A stretch of DNA of 64,000 nucleotides from Macrostomum hystrix. Lineage: Eukaryota; Animalia; Platyhelminthes. The stretch spans positions 12,214,001 to 12,278,000 of the forward strand of contig CATNEN010000038.1 in NCBI GenBank assembly GCA_950097015.1, in the 5' to 3' direction. Positions 35,770 through 46,285 of the stretch are shown in pieces; the stretch's first letter is position 1, and the number at the start of each line of letters is the position of its first letter. Position numbers and translations under genes: made by a program. The notes beneath the pieces are model-generated. The model made no database searches and was not told where the DNA came from. It saw only the letters and a program-made list of their open reading frames with translations.

Positions 35770-37183
35770 GCTGGGAGAAACTTTGCCAATCAGAAGGAAG
35801 CCTTCCTTGACTGTCACATGACCGCCTGGTCTCAGCAGTACCCGCCGCATCTCGCTGGTCATTTGGCGTCGCAGAGCGCAGACAAACGTCCGACAGGGGC
35901 GTTGATCAATTCGAAACAGCGGCACCCGAATAACACTCAGACTGAGCTGCTTGGCCGAGCATACATGCCGGGCTGCAAGGTGTTTGTGTTCGAGGTTTTA
36001 TAAGCATGCTTTTTTCTGCGCTGAAAGTATAGCTTAGGAATCATGTTGCTAAGGAACTGCGTAGCTAAGGAAGCGAGTAGCTATAAACGTACCGTGTAGC
36101 TAAGGAACCGTGTTGCAAAGGAACCGTGTTGCTAAGGACCGTGTAGCTAAGGAAGCGTGTAGCTATAAGGAACCGTGTTGCTAAGGAACCGTGTTGCTAA
36201 AGAACCGTGTTGCTAAGGAACCGTGCTGCAAAGGAACGTGTTGCTAAGGACCGTGTAGCTAAGGAAGCGTGTAGCTATAAGGAACCGTGTTGCTAAGGAA
36301 CTGTGTTGTTAAGGAACCGTGTTGCTAAGGAACTGTGTTGTTAAGGAACCGTGTTGCAAAGGAACCGTGTTGCTAAGGACCGTGTAGCTAAGGAAGCGTG
36401 TAGCTAAGGAATTGCGTAGCTATAAGGAACCGAGTAGCTGAGGAACCAGGTAGCTAAGAAAATGTGTTGCTAAGGAACCGGGTTGCTAAGTAAACCAGCA
36501 GCTTAGGAACCGTGTGGCTAGCAAAGGAACTGTGTAGCTTAGGAAGCGTGCAGCTAAGTCACCATGTTGCTAAGGACCGTGTAGCTAAGGAAGCGTGCTG
36601 CTAAGGAACCGTGTTGCTTAGGACCGTGTAGCTAAGGCACTGTGCTTAGGAATCGTGTTACTAAGGACCGCGTAGCTAAGGAAGCGTGTAGTTGAGGAAC
36701 CGCGTAGCTAAGGCACCGTGTTGCTTAGGAACCATTTCGCTTAGGAACCGTTTTGCTAAGAAACAGTGAGGCAGAGGGACCGTGTAGCTAAGGAACCGTG
36801 TTGCAAATGAACCATGCAAAGTTCTCGCAAGTGACTTTCATTTACATCGTCAGCAAACATAGGCAAATTCCATTGCGCTTACGAGCAACGAAGTACCGCA
36901 CGAACCACTGCGCCAGTTTCGTCATCTGCTGTGTGGTTGGGCGCCGTCTGCGCAGTAGCAGCAGACCGCTCAATTGGATCATGTCTTCGTCCTTCAGCAG
37001 TACGATGGCTACATCTGAACGATTCATAAGGTCAGTCAGGCCGTTGATATTGTTCTTGATGCCAAAGTTCAGGATGGTTTTTGTCAGGCTGTAGTTGGCA
37101 CTTCCGATTGCGCTTAAGTGGTCCATGACGGTTGGTGATGAGCCAAAGTCAGGCAGTTCCTTGAATGCAGGGTTGGAGCAACT
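35770..37183 (-). CDS. Probable further exons (~36845-37180 and ~35770-35975) of the FAS1 gene or a neighbouring fragment; frame joins uncertain
   Basis: Coding-like GC-rich segments on the same strand as the FAS1 gene; PTVMDHL...LTDLMNRSDVAIVLLKDEDM weakly resembles a FAS1 N-half. The obvious splice joins give early stops. Confidence 0.35.
36037..36806. repeat. Degenerate ~16-bp minisatellite (CTAAGGAACCGTGTTG)
   Basis: Tandem copies seen directly, with many variants. Confidence 0.9.
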
Positions 37184-37197
37184 AAACATTAGAACTA

Positions 37198-37684
37198 TAC
37201 CAAGGGGAGGGGGAATTCCCACTGACAATTTTTGCTGCATCTGAATGGAGCAACACAAGCGCACGAAACTCAAAAATAAGGGGCCAACTTTTTGTTGCGC
37301 ATCTTCTGAAACAAGAATGAAGTCACCTGCACTTCAGACCGTCAAGATATTCAATGTTTCTGACAGAAAGTCTGAATTTTTCCATAAACGCTAGTGTATT
37401 TCATACACCCCTCCCTATACACGAATTAGCACTGCGCCTCAGTGCGGCCCTACCAGGCCTTCAAAGTTTACCAGCATGTCACCCGAATGTGCCTGCATCA
37501 TCTCCGTCTTCGGTGGTCACCTACATTTATCTAGATGGACTGCTGGACCTTCAAGGGCTACAACAGGAGGAACTAGGCCACTATGGACACCCTGAGCCTA
37601 AATATTAGGCGCAGCTCAACCAGAGGACGCTGTTTGCGTTCAGGCGCTGCCAAAAAATTTCAGGAGGGAATTCCCCAATTGGTA
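37198..37684. mobile_element. TA-flanked MITE-like element with imperfect ~40-bp TIRs
   Basis: TA|TACCAAGGGGAGGGGGAATTCCCACTGACAATTTTTTGC vs GCCAAAAAATTTCAGGAGGGAATTCCCCAATTGGTA|TA. Confidence 0.6.
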
Positions 37685-38260
37685 TAAAAACAGGGCGGCA
37701 AGACGGCTTGGTAGAGCTATGTGTGTGCTCCGAGGTCGCAGCTGATAATGTTATTATTATATCAATGTAGTGATAAGATTATATTTTGTATTATCTCTCC
37801 GACCCAATCATTGTAGTCATATGAGGATAGAGGCTGTTAATGCTGCACTTAATGGTAGATCTTCTGTTGAATGATATTTAGACAAGGTACAAGAACCCAC
37901 AAGAATTTTCTTATAAGCTTAATGCCAGCCGTGTGAAATTTGCCGTTAATAATTTATAGGTCGAAGTAAGTCAGCGTTTACTGTAAAGAACTAGGCACCA
38001 ATAAAGAGCTTCTGGTAACTGACTTTAGGGACTCCCAACGAGCAGTTATTTACTGAGTTCCTATAACGCTTTAAATGCAAACTTTACGGTGTGTTAACTA
38101 AAGTCAACAGTTGTAAAAGTACCCTATGTTCCCTCCTGGGGAAAGACAACAGGTTGTATTTCAAATACGCAATGTCAACTTCCCGATAGCTCCCAAAATG
38201 AATGACTGATTTTCCTGAAAGTCCACCATCTGAATCAATTTTTTCCACCCTTAACAATAA

Positions 38261-39995
38261 ACTTTTGATTATATCTTTTGTTCTGATGGTTCAAATAACG
38301 TGATTTGACACAGTCTTATAGTGCCAAGTCTCTTCTTTATATTAATTCAAACCTTTTTTCTAACAGACTAAGGAAACAGAAGTTATCTACGAGAAACTAA
38401 CAGGACCTCAACCGTAGACGTACAGTAAATCAACAAGCTATCGGAATGCTACGAAAGTGCTTTCGACTGAGGTCACTCTTTCAACCAAAATTTCTCAATT
38501 TCTCAATCCGCGACAAAGATATGTCTCTGGAAAAATCATAATGAAGTTATAATTTGAAAGTTGTCTCTGAAAAAGATGGAATGAAATCTTCATATCTCTC
38601 ACTTGGACTTGGCTTCAGTACGAGAATTTTTGTTCCCATTTCTTGCTGTGCCAAAGATCATGGATGTGCATTCAAGTTTTGCCGAGAGGAGTGTGATTTA
38701 CACCCTTTGGAAGACGGGGCACAGTGCAGCCGAGATTCACGCGCAACTTTCATCAGCTCATGGGTCTAGCGCGGTCAGTAAAATGACCATCTATCGTTGG
38801 ATAGAACAGTTTCGAGCGGGAAGGACGGACCTTGCTGATCAGCTCAGGACAGATCGCCCTCATGTTCGAGACTCTGACGTCCTGGCTGACGCTATCCTGG
38901 ATCTTCTTGATGAGGACGCACGAATGACGATCAGAGAGATTGCTGACAGGCTGAATACTCCGCGATCAACGGTTCATCGAAGTCTTACCAGCATGGATTA
39001 TGTGAAGCTGAGTGCTCGCTGAATTCCACGCCTTCTGACACCTGAGACCTGAAAGAGCAGCGGCAGCGAGTGTGCCAGGAGAATCTGGAGCTCGTCAGGC
39101 AACATGGTGTATGGGAAACGTTTCGGCAAATCGTTGTTACTGGTGACGAGACGTGGGTGCCTCACTTCGATCCCCCCACCAAACAGGAGTCCAAGGTTTG
39201 GACAATCAGGGGTTCAGACCCCCCTGTTAAGGCACGTCGAGAGCCTCACTGCAAAAAGGTGCTTTTGACTTTGTTCTTCGACAGAAATGGACCACTTACA
39301 ATCGAATTTCTTGAGCCAGGGAAGAGCATCAATACCGAGTGCTATATTGCTTCCCTTGAAAAATTGAAGTTCGAAATCTGGAACAAGCGTTGGGTTGGAA
39401 TCAAGCCCTTTCTTCTCCACCACGACAACGCCAGACCCCATACTGCTCAGAAGACCTCCGAGGCTGTCAGCAGACTCAAGTTTAATCTTTTGCCTCATCC
39501 ACCGTATTCGCCTGATCTGGCGCCAGCAGATTTCGCCTTATTTCCACTAATGAAGTCGCATCTGCGAGGTAAAGTTCATGAGAACCGTGACAACCTCGAA
39601 CAGGCAGTGCGGAATGTCCTGCTCCACAAAATTCCACGCGGGAGTTATACCAACGCTATTGACGGTTTGTTCAGTCGGTGGCAAAAATGCCTTCAGCTCG
39701 GCGGTGACTACGTTGAGAAGTCAAGCATTCCCACCGACGAGTGAAGAGGAGCGTTTCAATTGCTACGAGTAAATTCTGCATATTCGCAACCAGTCAACTG
39801 TTGGTCATTTTTGCTTGCTTGTTGATTTACTGTAAGTCTATGGTTGAGGTCCTGTTAGTTTTTCGTTCATAACTTCTCTTTCCTTAGTCTGTTAGAAGAA
39901 AGATTTGAATTAATATAAAGAAGAGACTTGCCGCTATTAGACTGTGTAAAATCAGGTTATTTGAACCATCAGAACAAAAGATATAATCAAAAGTA
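38261..39995 (+). mobile_element. Mariner (D,D34D) DNA transposon with ~178-bp TIRs
   Basis: 38261-38438 and 39817-39994 are inverted repeats enclosing a transposase pseudogene; TA at the right end. Confidence 0.92.
38660..39744 (+). pseudogene. Mariner transposase, broken by an in-frame TGA (39020-39022) and a frameshift near 39045
   Basis: HTH N-terminus, KLSAR*IP (normally WVP), TGDETW, HDNARPH and YSPDLAPADF, with 34 residues between the last two catalytic Asp. Confidence 0.92.
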
Positions 39996-40276
39996 ACACT
40001 ACTTTTGGGATAGCCCAATTCCATAAGGAAATAATGTAAAAGGCCAATTTTCTCCTAAATTTGTTTTTTTTGCCACCAGACACCCCGACGACAATAGTTG
40101 AATATTTCGACGACAAAGGTGTTTTGTGATTCTTCAAAGTTGTCTCATCGGATAGTGCAACGATAAGTTTTAGCTTGTGTACGGAATTTTCTTGGCGATT
40201 AGTTGAAGATTTTAGGAGATACAGAAAGAAAAAAAATGTGCGTATTTGAAATGCCCCAGTAGTCTTTCTACTGTTT
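39996..40276. mobile_element. Right part of an M1 foldback MITE split by the mariner (left part ~38140-38260)
   Basis: 40070-40276 is the reverse complement of 5953-6151; 38140-38260 is the reverse complement of ~6340-6460. Confidence 0.75.
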
Positions 40277-40379
40277 CTCACATAAAAAATGGAATTTTTA
40301 AGGTTTAAAAGCAGTAGGTGCTGTTAGGAAAAATCATAAAAAAAGTTTCATCTGAATGATCCTGATAATAAAATCTCAC

Positions 40380-43300
40380 CCCATGCATCAGAAAGTAGAC
40401 GGTGCCTCCGCAGTCCTTCACGGTTCGGACTACAGGCACGCAGTCCACAAACTGTCGTCTGACGAGCCGCCCCTTCGAGAAGATGGACGCTCCCGAGCTG
40501 CGCTGCAGCAGCTGGACAAAGTCCCTGACTACACCGTTCATCATTTTGAGTCGCCTGACTGGCCCTCTAAGCTGAGTAGCGTTTGTTAGCAGATGACGCT
40601 GACCGAAGCTCAGCAGCTCGCCTGGGTTGCTCCACCTTGAGGAAGTGTTTGCATAGGAGTAACTGCCATTCACTGGTGGCAGCAGCAGCACAAGATCGTC
40701 TTCGGTTCGGTTTGGTCGGTTGAATAGCGGCCTGAAGGCTGCGTCGGACTTTAATCTGCGAGTCACTTCGTTGCCTGAAGCAGTTGCGAAATGAATGAAT
40801 GAATGAGATAAAAATAGACGACATCCGATGACGTCATATAATTTCGCAGCGACAGACGCTTACTGAAACCAGTTAGGGATTCTGTGGCCCGCACAATGTG
40901 CAACACTCCGTTGGTTGCCACATGATCTGCGCTGATCACAAGTCGATTTCCATCAATCAGTACACCGTCTTGTCCCCCAACTGAGCGTCGACTGATTCCC
41001 AGCAGCTTTCCATCGATGTTCCGCACCCTGCTGACTGTTGACAAACTGGCGTTGCACTCGACGCCACGAACAATGGCAGATCGCAGATTTTCTGAATTTG
41101 AGCAGTGTGAGCAGTGTAAGCTTAAACATTCAATAGTATGGATACTTCAGTATATTTGAATGACAGTCTGCCCAGAGCATCCGAAGGCTCCGAACCCAGC
41201 TGTTCAGTCCGTGGACTGGGAGTTCGCAACATCAACCTAAATCTCTGCCCCAGTTGATACTGGTAACCTTTTAAAAGTTAGGGTGAATTGTGTGTCTTTC
41301 TCAAGGACAAAAATAGCTTTCCACAGGTCTGTGACTCGAACTTCTGACCTCTCGTTCAGAAGCTCATTTAAATTTCTAGTATTCCAAATTATTCCAATAC
41401 TCACTGGCGTAGCAACCATTGTCAGTTTCATCAGTGGCTGGCAGGTGCATGAACACCGTCACCGGCTTGCTGCCTGTCAGTGTTGGCTTTAGTGGCGCCA
41501 GGACTACAAGAAAGTTCAAGTGAAAACAGTTAAACTAACGCAGTTTTTTTTCTTATTTATAACGGAATCTACGATTAAAATACTTACGCCTCTTAGCGAG
41601 CTCAGTAGATGTAGCATTTTCCAGTCGTTCCAGCATCATCTGGTACAAATTCTGCCGACTAATGTTCAACACAGGGCCTGTGAAATGCGCCACGGAATAC
41701 CTATTGAAGGCCTGGTTTGCCTGAAGTAGCGGCTGGCAGTTAACTAGCACGCCTCCCTGGCCGGTTTTGCTGATGAGCAGCGAGCTGGGCTTGGCCATGG
41801 TGGCCACAGACTGACCGTGCCGCAGCGAACGCGTGTTTTGCGCCGGCTGAGCGAAATGGTTGAGCAGGGTGCGCACGAACCACTGCGGCACTTGATCCTG
41901 CGAGGAGATTTCAGTTGGCAATTTTACGAGCGTAGATCAAATTACGAGCGTAAGAAACGATTTGCAACACAAGCCCAAGGCCAAGGGGTGGGTGGAAGGG
42001 CGGTTAACGCGTTTGCTTCTCGCACCAATTTCTTTTGGGAGCAGCCGCGGAGAGAAGGCTTGAGGGCTAGTCGTGTCGTGTAATTCACGCCCTTGAGGGC
42101 CAACCCTCCAAGGCACAGTGAGAGTGTACACTGCCTGGCAATCAGAAAGTCAGGGCAGATGTACACACTTGTGTGTTCGTAAGTCTGCATTCAACATCCA
42201 TGTACGTGTGTGCTCAGGAGTCAGAGGAATTGGACAGAATTGCCTCCTCCCTGGCTGCGGGTCTAGTGTCACCAAAGAATGTGTCATAAACCTCCTTAAA
42301 TTATTACTTTATTACAATCCCAAGTCGCTTACTTTCTGCTTCTCTACACTGCTGATCACAGTCTCGAGTGCTGCTTTGGAGGGTACAAAGACGGTCCACT
42401 GGCGTTTGATATCATTGGTCAGGACGGTGTTGAACAGGTCGATGGCTCGCTGACTGTAACCGTGGTCTCTCAGCAGGGCGGAGAAAGACTTGTTGCTGGA
42501 TGGACCACTGACGACGTCTGGAAAGTCAAGATGGCCAAGCTAGTCAACATACGCTTTCAAATAGGCCAGTATGAGTTCAGAGGCTTTGAGCTCACTTCTC
42601 GGACAGCCGCGATCACCCAGGAGTCGGGTGAAGCCGGAGCAGCAGGTGTAGGTGAGCCGCTGCGCTGTCGAGTCAGTTCCGTTCCACTGTCTGCGGGCGA
42701 CAGGTCGAGATATGCTCAGGTTGTCTCGCCGAAAAAATTCAAGTTGAAAAATAATTGTCCTAAAAACTCTAGCTGCATCTTCTTACCTGACAGTGCAGCT
42801 GTACTCCGTAGCGGAATTTTCCAGGCAGCTAACCCTGTACAATGATAGGTGCGGATCAGCGTCCATGAACTCAGTCGAACGGATGAACTCCTTTTGAAGG
42901 CAGACGTTTGTGCTGAAATCGGATTGAGAAATAAATCAATCGTCTTTGTTAGCAAGCACAATGAGAATCAAGATTCAAAATGGCGAGATAGTCGACCCGA
43001 TGCATTGGTTGGCCCTCAAGGCCGTAAATTTCACGACAAGCCCCCTAAGCCTAACTGCTTTAGTGAGGCAAGCGCGATAACTGCTCCGCCACTCAGTCCC
43101 TCAAAACAGGCAACTATCAGGAGTAAGAAGATTGAATTTCACTTACTCAAATTTCCACCATTGAAGTGAGCCTCCTTAAAAGGAAGTTTATTGGTTGGAA
43201 TAATTCTTAAATTGAATAAAATCATGCTAAATAATTTCATGACATGACACTCACCGATAATAACTCGAAAGCCCGGCATATCGATGCCGCCAGACATCAC

Positions 43301-44192
43301 GTCAGCTAGTTGCGAACTGCTCCTACTAGCTTGCTGTTCGGTTTCCGGAGAGAAATATCCCGCAGGGATTTCGTCCTGCGACACGCTGCCGTCTTCTATT
43401 TCAATCTCTGGAACGGAGCCGTTCAATCTAATTCAAACAGAGCGCCATGTACCGCAATTCTAAAGAACTGTACTTTAACAAACACTCACCGCGACTGTCT
43501 TCTTCTCCTTCGTCTTCCGGTTCGGCCCTTCTCGACCGTAGTTGAACTCCTCGTCGTCTACCTCCATTGCGTTTAGCTAAATAGCCAAAGTCACTGGTGT
43601 CGAATCCCGGGTCGTCAAAGGTGGAGTAGTCTTCCAAGCCGAAGTCAACTTCGGGATCGTAGCTGTCACCGATGTACCCGTAATTGTCCTCGTCATAGTC
43701 ATTACCGTAGTCGCTCTGGTCATAAACATAGTCGCCCTCGTCAAAACCATAGTCGCTCTGGTCATAAACATAGTTGCTCTCGTCAAAACCATAGTCGCTC
43801 TCGTCATCAACATAGTCGCTGTCCTCAAAACCATAGTCGCTCTCGTCATAACCATAGTCGCTCTCCTCAAAACCATAGTCGCTCTCGTCATAACCATAGT
43901 CGCTCTCCTCAAAACCATAGTCGCTCTCGTCATAGCTATATTCATCTTCATTATTGCTGTACCCGCTATCTTCATAGTCGTAATCGCTATCGATTCGTGT
44001 CGTACCGAAATCGCTGCCGCCGTATCCACTCGTGTCCTCAAAATCGGCGCCACCAGCGAGGCCAATTTCCACCGAGCCTTCGGGATCTGCAGCAGGCTCC
44101 TCTGGGCCGGTGATCCACAAATCCGCCACAGCCGATGAAGCCAACAGGAGCAGCAGTAGAAGCTTCCACGGCGTCTGCTTCAGCAAAGCCAT
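40380..44192 (-). CDS. Secreted periostin/TGFBI-like protein: signal peptide, acidic Tyr-rich repeat, basic cleavage-like linker, EMI domain and several FAS1 domains (multi-exon)
   Basis: Signal MALLKQTPWKLLLLLLLASSAVA; EMI-like TNVCLQKE (~42900) and YTCCSGFTRLLGDRGCP (~42600-42655); FAS1 motifs WTVFVPSKAAL, LLQANQAFNRYSVAH and ISADHVATNGVLHIV; first donor at 43490. Confidence 0.8.
41175..41225 (-). mobile_element. SINE family B fragment, intronic
   Basis: gcatccgaaggc...gctgttcagtccgtggactggg matches the reverse complement of 6665-6710. Confidence 0.6.
41985..42312 (+). mobile_element. SINE family A copy, intronic
   Basis: Degenerate head GGTTAACGCGTTTGCTTCTC, then the full shared body and a TTA-type tail. 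Confidence 0.82.
43005..43052 (-). mobile_element. SINE family A fragment, intronic
   Basis: GGTTGGCCCTCAAGGCCGTAAATTTCACGACAAGCC matches the reverse complement of 60417-60453. Confidence 0.7.
43705..43935 (-). repeat. Coding 21-bp repeat encoding (D/E)ESDYG(F/Y) x ~11
   Basis: Seen in DNA and protein, in frame with the signal peptide. Confidence 0.9.
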
Positions 44193-46285
44193 GGTTCAAC
44201 AAGAAATTGCTAAATTTTAAGGGTTGTATCGGAATTTCGAATTTTAGAGGAACGAATTCTCAAAGAAAATTTAGTTTGACGGTCTTTATTGTGTTACTAT
44301 CTATTATCACCTGCTTGGACCAACGTGCTGCAATCGCGGGTTTGGGAGAGATAACGCACTATCTGACTAACTCAGTGTTTGCGTGAGCACACTACCCGAG
44401 TATCAGTGCTGGCACCTGGATGTAGAGAATTTCGCAAAAATAGACAAATCTTCGAGAAGTTGTAGAACAATTTAAGTATGCTCAGCGGAAATTCAACTGC
44501 TGAGTCAGATTCGATAAACAAAAATGAGAGAAGCCTTAGTGGCCTGAGGTTTTGCAGTTAAAGAGATTTTATACTATCAGTGAACGCGCTTAGTTTAAAG
44601 GAAATACGGCTTGCAAAATTATCTTATATTTTGTTAGATACGAGCGAAATTCAGAAACTTCTGAAAACTTCTGAAAATTTTCTGTCAGATAAGCCAATTT
44701 AAGAGTTAAGGATATCACAATAGCCTAAAGTAATCAGACTGAACGCGTCTAGCAGCTCCTTAAGCTCATGGTGGCCAAGGCTCTTAAACAATACAACATC
44801 GTCACCATGGACAGAATAAGAGTCCTTGCCAGCTTCGTTCAGAAGCTTTAGTAGCACCACAACTCTGAGTTGAGTGGCATTTTGATAACCTAAAAGCAGA
44901 GCAGTTGTTCTCGTCAACGTCTCCAAGCAGCACTTGCAACGGTTGCCACCAGTCCTCTGTGGGACAACGAGTAGGTTTTGTTGTAGTTTTTGGTTTAGTT
45001 CTTTCATGGGCTGGCTATGAATATTTCATGTGAATGAATATTATGAATAGTTGCTGAACTGAGGTATAAAGAAATTTCAGTAATGTTTTTTCTGCTATTG
45101 TAATTTAACTGTGTGGTTGGTCTACTAGATGAAGGACAATTCAAAACAAAACTGTAATCGAGCAAATAATTAGCAGTGTCTGATGCACTTTAAAGTTCGC
45201 TTTTTATACTAATTACTTTCTCAAAACATACCTCGAAATAGAATTCTTCCTTAATGGCTTAATGTCAACGCGACGACTTGGCTGGCCCATCGGCAGACTG
45301 GTCATGCTCTCCAAAGCGTCTTTTGATCTGTCGCCGCCTAAATGCATTGCGACCAGCAGTCAATGCCAAATGACCGGTGCCTCCGCCTCCGCCACCACTG
45401 CTCAAAGAAGCCGCATGGTCGGCATTGGAGTGGCCTTCATCTTCAGTCGCCTCTGATACCAAAAAGCGCTTCAAGAACACTCTTACTAATGCTGTGATCG
45501 CTAAATTGGACACCGTAGGCGTTTAGGAACATTGTGCGCAACCCGATTGATTGTACTGATTGGACACCACGGGCAAGAAGGGCCGGCACAATATACTTGT
45601 AATGTATAGGCGCAATATGGCGTCGATGAATTCGTCCGGTAGCACCATTGTGACCGGATCGCCTTTGTGGCCGCTTTTGTGGCACTTCTCCGGCTGGCAG
45701 CACAATGTGGCTGTGCTTGTCGAGCTGAAGCTGTCGCTTCAATGTCGGTGCCATGTAAAATTTGATCATATCGATCACACCTGCGAAAGCGGCGGTCGAC
45801 AAAATGCCTGCTTGTCAAATACATCCATGGCAGGAGCCGGGCGGGCATTTCAACACTGGCGAAGAACGCTGCCTCCTCCTGCAGACACCGCACACACCGC
45901 TGTTTGTCGCTAAGGCTGGCTTTTTTGCGATCCCGGACCGCGTACGCACTGCCCAGTCACCTGATGATGGCAGATCTTCCCAGCTGTGGGCCCGCATCAT
46001 TGCAAAGCAGCGGCTGCGTCTGTTAAATAGAAGTGTGGCTTCGTCACACTTAATAAACCTGAAAAGTACGATTGCTGCCTGTCGAAATGGCCCAGACGAT
46101 AGGCGGCTAGGCGACGAGACCGAATCCAACTCAATTCAGCCACTGCCTCTGTCAGCATCACAAGAAGACGCTTCGCCTGGAGACGCATGGCCAACTCGGG
46201 GTCTTCGCGATGCAGCTTTATATGACGCTCCCAAGCAGCAGCTGACCTGGTTCGCATGTGGCCCGGTGTGCTCAATGTGCCGGCA

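Noticed and set aside
44699-45007. 102-aa minus-strand ORF (similarly 29669-29932 and 14437-14619)
   Set aside because: No recognisable motif; cannot be distinguished from chance or decayed TE sequence.
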